A DNA stretch of 64,000 nt, taken from positions 14,942,001 through 15,006,000 of the forward strand of contig CM120641.1 of the NCBI GenBank assembly GCA_051362555.1, given 5' to 3'. Every line of letters begins with the position of its first letter. Within the stretch, counting starts at the first letter, position 1. A model generated the notes under the pieces. It saw only the letters and a program-made list of their open reading frames with translations, had not been told where the DNA came from and searched no databases. Source of the stretch: Lingula anatina. Taxonomy: Eukaryota > Animalia > Brachiopoda. Shown in pieces: positions 37,626-48,882 of this stretch. The position numbers and the translations under genes are program-made.

Positions 37626-38093
37626 TTCACCACAGACAATACCATCTCATGAGACTTATTTCTTATCGCTCCTGGAAACCTCTCTAATTATCGCTCATTA
37701 CGTACGGAGTACAGTATGCATTGCAATACAGGTGAATGTACCGTTGTATCTCTTCCGCAGCATAATAACTTATCGAAAAAGAGAATGGGGGAAATTTAAA
37801 TATTTATAACGCGCACCTTGGCACCAGCGTGCACTAAATGATTCAGCCGCCTGATAAAGACAAGACGAAGCAGTAATTTGAATAATGACTCTCTACCACT
37901 GCTACAACTACTACTGTATACCGGATGTGTAATTGTTAGAGGATAACCGCTGGGGCGTAATGGGTTAGGGGAGGGTGTTGATTTGTGCGCTGATTTTAGA
38001 GCGTGAGCACCAGTGAAAGGTGAATGTATTTGCCGAACCTTTCTTAATCTTACGTCATTGACGGACTTTGTCAAGGACACAGTTACATGAACC

Positions 38094-38270
38094 ATGCATA
38101 GCTACCCGTTGTCTCAAGCACTGTGGGCATCCACCATTGTTTTCTTAAGCTATCAGGCCCGCCATGTCGCCGACCCGAGGCTCCGCACCGCAGACGACTA
38201 TCTGGACACATGTATGGAGTTGCTGAAATCACACAGCAAGAGCAAACCGTCTCCGGAACCCGAACTTGAG
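38094..38270 (+). CDS. Duplicate intact folate-receptor-like exon 1 (possible alternative first exon or orphan)
   Basis: ATG..MHSYPLSQALWASTIVFLSYQARHVADPRLRTADDYLDTCMELLKSHSKSKPSPEPELE|GTAGAG, phase 0. Confidence 0.55.
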
Positions 38271-39982
38271 GTAGAGATTTACATGTATCTGAATATTTAA
38301 CGCTCAGTAAAACTTAGCTACAGCGTATTGGAATCAACTTGGCCCACCAGTACATGTGCATGTGTTTTATCCGTTTTATCAACGTGGTGGTCTCAGGCAA
38401 GTTTGTACTACCATTATGTAATATATTAGACACTAGATGTAGGTCAATACTTTACAAACAGGGGGAAGTCAGAATGTGTGTACATGTATGTATGAATGTA
38501 CAAACTATTTATATACTCGCGTATATGCATAGAAAGAAAAAAACATGCCCCCCCCCCTCACACCAAACAAGTTACGAAAGGTGAGAAACTTTAAATGTCT
38601 ACCTCTGTACGAGCTAGGACACGCAGCCCCGGTACTTATACATGTAGTGCCCTTATTTAACCAACAGCATCTTACGGAAATACATGTAAGCATTATACAC
38701 GTCACCCAAGGGCTTAGTTCGAATAGTCTTTTTTGATGAAAAGAGGGTTTAGTAAAAATACTGAAAGGGATAACAAGTGTGTGTATGAGATTTGTATTTC
38801 ACATATGAGATTCATAAATTGTAAACAACTCATAAAAATATGATAAATTCAATTTTACCACCTAAACGGCGGTTATCGCAATTATTTTGGAATCTGTGCT
38901 TGTCATCAGACCACGTGGACCTTATCTATACGTACATACACATAAAGATAAATACACCTCCGTAAAAATCTCCAAAGAGTTTATTATATAATCAATTTTT
39001 TAGAAAAAGACCATGGACTAACTTTGAATGCTTGCAGATTCATTAACCTAGTAAGTATGGGAAAATCGTCGTTTACCCCTGGAAAATTAGTTTTTTGGCC
39101 AAAACTAACGGCTGCTATCCCCTGAATAATCCATTTTTTACGTGTTATATTTTTTGTGAGGCGACCGCTGGCCTCGTGTCTGCCTCTTGGGAACATTAAG
39201 GAGCCGACTGACGGAACACGTTAGTTTTTTTTTAAGAAGCAGCGGCGATTATGGTCGTTGCGCTGGGAGTGAGAAGTCCGAACAGGATGACGTCTCGTTT
39301 CTACGAACAGTAAGGTTGAACTAGTTGAATATGGCACAACTCCCCCTACCCAGGTCGCCAAAGTAGTAGCTTTCAGAATGAAGACTACTGAGTATACCGC
39401 AGAAAATAGTTTCAGGCCAAGAGAGAGCCAGCCTAGGGCATATTTCTAGCTAAAATGTAATCAGTGGAACAGCGCCCCCGTTGAGTTAATATCATATATA
39501 AAAGTTATATCTGTCATCAATAAACTTCCTACAGTGTACATCACATATCGGTGACATCTCTGTATAGAGTAGTAGGCCACTGATTGTTATCATCCACATC
39601 CAGCTGGAGAAAAAATTCTCAGCGCAATTACCCACCTCAAAGAGACACTTTTCAAAATAATCCACCTTTCTGGGCTTTGCCATGTGCCTGGGTCTCTCAT
39701 GGGCCTATAACATTACTGTCACACCTGCTCCCTGGACCACCACAAACATCCACATTCCAGGCTCTGTCAGCAAGCAAACATTATCATATGATTGTATTAG
39801 GCTGTGTAGTAGTAGTAGTAGTTTATTATCATCACTGTATGCGTATGATTACATAATAAATATCTAGCGAGCAGAACATTACATACAGGGATAAATGATC
39901 AATAAAGGCATTACAAGTATAATATGTAGCGCAATACAATACCATGACAAAAACTTATAGTTCGGTACACCGTTTTTAAAAG

Positions 39983-40444
39983 CTACGTTTCTGATATTTT
40001 CAAGACCTTGTATACATATGAAACGACTAAGTGCAAATTGTTCTTTGAAAATAGATCCCCTAAGGACGTATATACCAGCTCAGGGTAGGCAGAACGCGTC
40101 ACTGATGTGAGCTCGCATTTGCTTATAACATGTAGCTCTGTTTGCATTTCACCACACTTGCAGACACGTTCGTTCCTCTCTTTACGACACCAACGACCCG
40201 TTTCGATTGCCAATCTATGAGAACTTAGCCTAAACCTAGTAGTAGCTATGCGTAGATATTCCGGGATATCGAAGCGGTTTGCGTACATATCCCACACTTC
40301 CAGATTGGGGTTCATTTCTAAATAAGTCGTTGCTTTTGTTTGATTCGAATTTTTAAGTTGATCTTTTAGGTTTTCAATGTCCAAGTAAATATGATCGGAT
40401 GTAGATGAAACCACCTTCCCTATAGCTGGTGGAAGCCACTGCAT
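39983..40444 (-). mobile_element. Non-LTR retrotransposon (CR1/L2-group-like) ORF2 C-terminal fragment
   Basis: TRFRLSSHRLAIETGRW..R.C.C...QTELHVISKC: the cysteine/histidine-rich tail that follows RT in many LINEs. Confidence 0.8.
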
Positions 40445-40921
40445 TTCACCACAGACAATACCATCTCATGAGACTTATTTCTTATCGCTCCTGGAAACCT
40501 CTCTAATTATCGCTCATTACGTACGGAGTACAGTATGCATTGCAATACAGGTGAATGTACCGTTGTATCTCTTCCGCAGCATAATAACTTATCGAAAAAG
40601 AGAATGGGGGAAATTTAAATATTTATAACGCGCACCTTGGCACCAGCGTGCACTAAATGATTCAGCCGTCTGATAAAGACAAGACGAAGCAGTAATTTGA
40701 ATAATGACTCTCTACCACTGCTACAACTACTACTGTATACCGGATGTGTAATTGTTAGAGGATGACCGCTGGGGCGTAATGACCGTAATGCGTTAGGGGA
40801 GGGTGTTGATTTGTGCGCTGATTTTAGAGCGTGAGCGTCAGTGAAAGGTGAATGTATTTGCCGAACCTTTCTTAATCTTACGTCATTGACCGACCTTGTC
40901 AAGGACACAGTTACATGCACT

Positions 40922-43854
40922 ATGCGTAGCTACCCGTTGTCTCAAGCACTGTGGGCATTCACCATTGTTTTCTTATGCTATCAGGCCCGCCATGTCGCCG
41001 ACTCGAGGCTCCGCACCGCAGACGACTATCTGGACACATGTATGGAGTTGTTGAAATCACACAGCAAGAGCAAACCGTCTCCGGAACCCGGACTTGAGGT
41101 AGAGATTTACATGTATCTGAACATTTAACGCTCAGTAAAACTTAGCTACAGCGTACTGGAATCAACTTGGCCCACCAGTACATGTGCATGTGATTTATCC
41201 GTGTTATCAACGTGGTAGTCTCAGGCAAGTTTGTAATACTTTACAAACATAGGGAAGTCAGAATGTGTGTATGTATGTATTTATATACTCGCGTATATGC
41301 ATAGAAAGAAAAAAACATGCCCCCCACACAAACCAAGTTACGAAAGGTGAGAAACTTTAAATGTGTACCTCTGTACGAGCTAGGACACGCAGTCCCTGTA
41401 CTTTACATGTAGTGCCCTTATTTAACCAACAGCATCTTACGGAAATACATGTAGGCATTATACACGTTTCCCAAGGGCTTAGTTCGAATAGTCTTTTTTG
41501 ATGAAAAGAGGGTTTAGTAAAGTATACGTACTGAAAGGGATACCAAGTGTGCGTATGAGATTTGTATTTCACATATGAGATTCATAAATTGTAAACAACT
41601 CATAAAATTATAGTAAATTCAATTTTACCACCAAAACGGCGGTTATCGCAATTATTTTGGAATCTGTGCTTGTCATCAGACCACGTGGACTTTATCTATA
41701 CGTATATATACATATAGCTATCTATACCTCCGTAAAAATCTCCAAAGAGATTATTATAAAAATATTTTTTTAGAAAAAGACCATGGACTAACTTTGAATG
41801 CTTGCAGATACATTAACCTGGTAAGTATGTGAAAATCGTCGTTTACTCCTGGAAAATTAGTTTTTTGGCCAAAACTAACGGCTGCTATCCCTTGAATTAT
41901 CCATATTTTACGTGATCGCGTTAGCACGACGTGTCAATTGCACCTCCTCACAACTTGTTAGCCCTGAGATTTTTTTTTAATCGGAACCGGCTACGGGCCA
42001 TTTCGGGCTACGGCTACGGTTTTGTTTTTCGGACAACCACACCGTGCCTTCTCACGTACAGTTGTGTACGACGCACGAAAAAGAAATTAAAATACGGACA
42101 AGATGAGACTCCATGGGGGTATCGCAAGCCAAATGTAACGGTAACTTTGGAATGAGCCTCTCCTCTCACACTCACAACCGCGCGATGGGTGAACAATGTA
42201 AGATCTGTGTGTTAAACTTATCAGCGTTAAATCCTTGTCACCTCTCCCTTCTCTAAGTGGCGAACATCCGTCGTTTAACACCCCATTTCCAGAGATTAGA
42301 TCGACCTATTTTAGATCGACCTAACTCCCTGGGGGTTCACGCTAAATAGCTGTCAGCCGGGCGGACACGAAAGTTAATTACCACCTGACAGCTTGTAGTA
42401 AGCGGGACGGACATTTAAGTCGGATTATCTGAAAGTAATCTAGTGAGACTCCCCGCGGGGATAGATCGATCTAAAATCTATGGGAATAGAGCTACCAGGT
42501 GCAATTAAATGTACCCTATATGCATCTTGTCGGTGGTTGCTTGTTTCCTGGACATTGCTTGAGCGTTTGAAACAATCTAGCAGATTGCATTAATATGTCG
42601 TTTAACGGTTAGCTTAATAATTCATGTTTTTATGACTTTTAGTGTCCCCAGTATACGAAGAAGTCGTGCTGTAAAGCGGGTGTGACAGAGGATTTTGAGA
42701 CAAAGGAAAACTGGCAGAACATCACCAGCTATGTCCACTGTCCACAGAAGAGCAGTCTGTCACCGATGTGTCACAAGATGTTCTTTGATGAACTCTGCTT
42801 TTTCCTGTGCTCACCTTATATTGGGCCGTGGATTGCCCCCGCGGTGAGAGCGAGCACGATGGCTTTATTTTGAGTCAAGACATTTTGTTTGCTTATAAAC
42901 AACACTTCTGAATAGGAAAAATAATGCTTGACAATCGCTGTTGATCATATAGTACTGATTTCACTGAGGCGCGTACTATAATTCATGTGGGGGGGGGGGG
43001 CGCTTACCCCTCTTTGATTCATATGTAATTTCTTTTTTTTTTCTTTCAAACACACACGCATGCACTTCACCATTTTACAGATGTTAGGGCTAAATTTGTT
43101 GAACATGCAGCATGAAACAGCAATCAATCATTTCACACATGAATATAGCACTATACTTTTAAATACAAATAAAACTGTATTGGACGCTTGTACTTCGTTT
43201 CAGACACATGACGAACCTGTAACCGACCGCTTCACAGACGTTCCATTGTGCGCCAGTGAGTGTAACTCGTGGTGGGAGGCATGCAAAGGAGAATATACTT
43301 GTCACGAAAATTGGTACACTGATTTTGATAGAGATGAAAATGGTAAATTCTTTACTTTTTATTTAACTGATGACTTGTGTATCAAAAATCGGATTATATG
43401 TGTGCCGCCGAAGCGTCGCAATCTTCGTTATTTGATCAAAATAAATGGTCGAAGAATATACCAGCACAAACATATACTCAAAGTCGTTTATTTCAATCTA
43501 ATCTCGTGGCACCAGTAGGTTTGTCTAGTGGGGTCGTGGTTTTCAAAAACAATGTCTTTTGCGTGATTGACTAGTTAAAACTATTATCACTAAGTAAGTA
43601 TAAATATTAAAATATATTTAACTTTCCTTTTAGGATTAAACATATGCAAAGAGGGCGCTGAGTGCAGGACGTATGAAGACGTGTACGGGACAGCTTTCCA
43701 CTTTTGTGAAATAATTTGGGATCATTCTTTTAAGGTAGTCCCAGATGAAGTGCCTTGCATGAAATTTACGTTCGATCCTTCTGGCCCGGATCCTAATGAA
43801 GCGACGGCGAGAATGGTCGCAGAGACAAGTGCAAAAATGCACGAGGAACTGTGA
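40922..43854 (+). CDS. Folate receptor / riboflavin-binding protein family, paralog A ending in HEEL (exons 40922-41098, 42643-42843, 43204-43342, 43634-43854)
   Basis: GT-AG introns with phases 0,0,1; family motifs C..H.K.KPSPE, CPQY...SCC, CFFLCSPYIGPWI, DVPLC..EC..WWEACK..YTC..NW, FCEIIW.HSFKV, CMKF.FDP...PNE; ends ...ETSAKMHEEL*. Confidence 0.9.
42282..42491. mobile_element. MITE (TAGATCGA family) in intron 1
   Basis: Near-identical inverted copy at 48670-48882; imperfect TIRs. Confidence 0.8.
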
Positions 43855-45595
43855 GGACAGAGTCATCGTCAGCTGAAGTGCTCCAAAAATCTAGAATTGT
43901 GAATAAAATGTTGGAGTTAATGCCTGAGAAATATCCATTTTTCCAAGATAATAAAGATAATTGTACTGTTGAATTGTATTGGATAGGCAAAGTATGTGCT
44001 GTGTTATGATTTGAAAAATATAGATAGAACAACTCTTTGCGACACTTTGTACATGTACATGATAAATTATTTTTTTATACAAAACTAGAATTGTTGTTTG
44101 GTTTTTCTTTTTACCTCTTTATCACCTTGCTAGTTATAGAAAAAAAAAGATAATTAAGAAGCCTTGGTAGGGAAAAAGGACGGACGGACTTAAAGAAGAC
44201 TTTCCAAAAAATACAATACAACGACCTTTAAGGTTTTAAGGCATATCCAGGCACTGTAAAACACCAAAGATAATTTGAAATATGCAAGTACATGTATTCC
44301 GAACACTGTGCAATACCCCCTTGTTCATTATTAAATATAGTGTATTCATATGGTAGATTCTTTCAATATTTTATTTCAATTTTAGGATGTAACAAGAATT
44401 TGTGAATATTTAATTGCACGTGTTATAGGTGTGAAGTATGAGAATTATTGTGCCACAAACGCACAAAAACTGGCGGACGTTTTTTTGCTCTAAGAGAATA
44501 GCATTCGATTTGGAGATTGTCATTTATCAAAGTAAAGACGTTTAAAATGAGAAAGTAAAAGAAACAAGAAACAAGACAGCTGGTGATAATAATCACATCG
44601 CCAACCAGGAAATTTATATGCGTCATTAACTAGAAAGTACTACACAAAATTATAGAAAGTAAAGTAACGTGACGTACGATACTAAAGATCAAAAAGATTG
44701 CATTCAATGAAAAATGAGTCGCAAGATTTGAACGAAATACACATCCTTACCTTCCTCTATTTGCAACAATCGCATGATTAAAATTTATGGGATTCTGGCG
44801 GCAGGATTCTGGTCGTCCACATATTTCTATTGGACATTGACCATCTTTGTCAAATTCTAAATCCAAAATACCCTTAGATATACGTTAAATTCCTGCTGTT
44901 TTCCTTTTGCTTGAGCCGTTGCTTGCATCCCTTGCTTCGTTGTACTCTGTATGGTGAATGCTTCGCAATATGCGCCCTGACTCGCACATATTTGTATCAC
45001 TGCCCTGGTCACAGGTCATTTACATGTGATAAATAAGGATCATTTTTAGAACAAACGTTTGATAATAGGTCTGAACTGAATTATACATCGGGTAAAAACC
45101 TCAAGTCAGGAATTTAAATGATGGATTTTGTAGCTTTCTCAAGGCTGACTCCTGCGTCGTGTTTACATGACCTAAATGAATATTTTTAAATATTTTTAAA
45201 AATATTTATGACCTAAATACAGCATATGATGCTATCTGATTTTAAACGTTTTTTCAGCAATTCGAGATGCATGGATTTTAGTTTATTGAGTGAATTAAAC
45301 ACTAAACCAACCACTATTTGTCACTCAAGGACATTATGAACGGGCAGTGTCCGACTTTAAAAAATAAGAAACAGAAGAAGATGACCAAGGTCACGACCCC
45401 TGCATTCGTCTTTTCAAATGTTGACCCTGGCAATACTACACACTACATAAAGAATGTGAGATATATGCAGCAGGGGTTGCTAGGGGAGTGCTACTTGTAT
45501 GGTCTGTTAATCATCCGTACAAAGAGGGGCCCTAGATTGTGTGTAGTAGATTTTAGACACTACTGTATTTGTCGGAAGAGACATCCCTGGTTTTA

Positions 45596-48124
45596 ATGGC
45601 TGGTGACCAATTTTCTCAAGCGATGTGGACTTTCTTTGTCGTTATTCTGATATGGCAGGCACTACATGTCGCCGACTCAAGGCTCCGCACTGCAGACGAC
45701 TATCTGGACACATGCATGGAGCTGTTGAAATCACACAGCAAGAGCAAACCGTCCCCGGAACCCGGACTCGAGGTAGATGAAACTTCTAATTACTGCAAGA
45801 CACGAAAAAGTACGTTTCACCCTAACCACACCTTACCGTGTCATTTATTACTTCTCAGCGCGGCCAGTGTGTAATTACTGGGGGGAAAAAGAGGGAAACA
45901 AAAATGCAGGCTTTCTGTTTACCAGTACATTATTTGCTATGAAAAGCGAGATAAAAATTTTTATTATAGGTTTCACAATATAAATTTTAGTAGTAAGTGA
46001 ATGGTTAGAGTGATATTTTAAGGTAGTAGAGGGAGTTTCCTTAGAATAATAACCAAGTTAATATGTCCAAGGAATAAGGTCTCATTCTTGGTAGGCCTGT
46101 AAGTAAGGGAGTCTACACCAAAAGTCTTAAACCTAGGGCGAAGCATACATGTATATGTACAAATTAATGGGGAACGGTCACTCTATCAAGGGGACTCTCG
46201 ATCACGTTACACCGGCAATAGAGACCTTGCACTGAGGTTATTAATTGTTCCACAAGACAAAGATGTATGCTTTTTACTGACGACTTAGCACATTTAGTGT
46301 GGTGAGTGGTCTTCAATATTTATTATGTAAGGTTTTAACCAAAATCTATACACATAAATTACACTCGCAATTGTGGAAATGGTATGAACAATATTGAGGG
46401 ACACCTTAAAGACGGTTGGAGCGGGCTTTTTCGGTTAAAAAAAAAACAGTCCATGAAATGAAGTCAACTACGATGCAGAGAGGGGCGTAGAGTCTCATTT
46501 TGTAACTGCAGCCTGCAACCAAGAGAAAGTTCTTGAGGTCACTAAACTGTTCAAAGACCTATATACATATTACAAACTATAGGTGGGAGCTGCTTAACTA
46601 AATTACCAATTGTCGTGTTAACGTCTCATCAATACGAAAAATCCCGCCGAATACGAGGAGTATTACGCACTAATCGAGATCCACCGGAGCGCCAAAGACT
46701 ATCCAACACTTTCGTCTATCCAACTTTTTAAAATACATCGTTGGATCTGCTTTTTAGTATGCAAATTTGATTATCATATGCATATGTAGTGTCAAATAAA
46801 TTCATATTTGACTTTTCAAAACAAATTCAGTGTCCCCAGTATACGAAGAAGTCGTGCTGTAAAGCGGGTGTGACAGAGGACTTTGAGACAAAGGAAAACT
46901 GGCAGAACATCACCAACTATGTCCACTGTCCACAGAAGAGTCGTCTGTCACCGATGTGTCACAAGATGTTCTTTGATGAACTCTGCTTTTTCCTGTGCTC
47001 ACCTTATATTGGGCCGTGGATTGCCCCCGCGGTGAGTGCGACAATGGTGACTCTATTTTGAGTCAAGACAATATTGTTAAATGAAAATTTGGAACTTTAA
47101 ATTTCATTGTTATGATACACACTTTTGAAAATGACCCCTCCAAAGAATTACGATATCTGTGGCAGTCATCATTTCTAGTAGTTAAAATTTTAATATCACT
47201 GTTCTACATGTACCAGTATCTGCATTCTGACACCCACATTCCCTACTATTCTCCTTTCCAAAATTCTCTTCATATTTTTTCTCTGTTACACCTACACTAC
47301 TAAATATAAACAAACAAATACCGACAATTACACATCATATATAACATAGAACAGGCTACAAAATAGCGTGGCTTTAGGATGTCATACACATATACTAATT
47401 TTTTCAGACACATGACGAACCTGTAACCGACCGCTTCACAGACGTTCCATTGTGCGCCAGTGAGTGTAACTCGTGGTGGGAGGCATGCAAAGGAGAATAT
47501 ACTTGTCATGAGAACTGGTACACTGATTTTGATAGAGATGAAAATGGTATATGTCATTCATCTCCATGTCAGTAAATATTTGTAGAAAAAAACGTGTCTA
47601 ATGTGTTATAGTAGGCCCACTTAACTTTCCTTTGACAATGCGACGCTGCTCCAGTTGACTGCTACAATATAAAAGAAAATATTGGAATACATCAGCGCAA
47701 ATACAAACAAACAAACAAACAAATAAATAAATAAATGAATGAATAAATAAATAAACAATTTAAAACCTATGTTAATATGAGGCTAATATCACTAAGATTA
47801 ATACGTAAGGCGTTTTTTTTAGGAATAAACGTATGCAAAGCTGGTGCGGAATGCAGGACGTATGAAGCCATGTACAGGACAGCTTCCAACTTTTGTGAAA
47901 TTATATGGGATCGTTCATTCAAAGTGGTCCCAGATGAGGAACCCTGCATGAAATTCACGTTTGATCCAGCTGGCCTGGATCCGAATGAAGAGACGGCGAG
48001 GAAGGCTGCAGCGTCGAGCGCTATAAGGAACCTAGGAATGTCATTTTTTCAGTGGATTTGTTCTTTTTTTCTGATACATTGTATGACCCTTTACCAAAAC
48101 TTGCCTGCATGGGTGAATACATGA
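45596..48124 (+). CDS. Folate receptor / riboflavin-binding protein family, paralog B with GPI-anchor-like tail (exons 45596[or 45623]-45772, 46831-47031, 47408-47546, 47823-48124)
   Basis: Same exon sizes (201, 139 nt) and phases as paralog A; signal peptide MWTFFVVILIWQALHVADS; C-terminus AAASSAIRNLGMSFFQWICSFFLIHCMTLYQNLPAWVNT (small residues, then a hydrophobic stretch). Confidence 0.92.
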
Positions 48125-48669
48125 CTCTTTCTTTATCAAAGATGGCCCTTTGTTTCTTTATAAAGATACTTTGAAAATATACAAACTTATCTGGAGAAAA
48201 TGGCCTTTATGCACCAGCAAAGAGAGAAAAGTCAAAATGATGCACGATTTCATGGGTTAAAAAAGTACATGTAGGCCACATAAAAGGAGCCTCAACCGAT
48301 TTCTTTTTGTATTATTTTTTCAACCAACCTGGTACTTTTTTTATACATTAGCATGAATACAGTTTGAATTTGTCATTATGTTCCAAAATGAATGAGAAAA
48401 TCAAAAGATTCATTGATCAGAAATTGGTGCAAAATATCGACTTACGTGTACTAAGCACTGTGTCAAATGTTCCTGTCGAACTACAAGTGCAGTAGAGGCA
48501 TATGTACACTACTGGTGAAATTGTCAATATGGTGTACAGTACATGTAGGTGGTAGCTTCTAGAAATAGTATTTTTAAGTAAGATATTGAAAGAATAACAA
48601 AAACCCACAGCCTTACATGAATTATTACACCTTCAGTGTTGCAGCCAATTTTTGTCTAGTGTAACCTAG

Positions 48670-48882
48670 GCTGTATTCCCAGAGTTTTTAGATCGATCTA
48701 TCCCCGCGGGGAGTCTCACTAGATTACTGTCAGATAATCCGACTTTAATGTCCGTCCCGCCTACTACAAGCTGTAAGGGGGTAATTAACTTTCGTGTCCG
48801 CCCGGCTGACAGCTATTTAGCGTGAACCCCCAGGGAGTTAGGTCGATCTAAAGTAGATCGATCTAATCTCTGGAAATGGGGT
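48670..48882. mobile_element. MITE (TAGATCGA family), inverted relative to 42282-42491
   Basis: Reverse-complement match over ~200 bp. Confidence 0.8.

Larger units (their letters stand above)
35290..41913 (+). repeat. Tandem triplication of a ~2.8-kb unit containing folate-receptor exon 1 (copies 35290-36313 internally deleted; 36314-39140; 39141-41913)
   Basis: Near-identical colinear sequence, period ~2825 bp; junctions at tttaCGTG|ttatatttt versus tttaCGTG|atcgcg. Confidence 0.93.

Noticed and set aside
43060-43518. 152-aa ORF as a standalone gene
   Set aside because: Only 43204-43342 is coding (exon 3); the rest is intron read-through.
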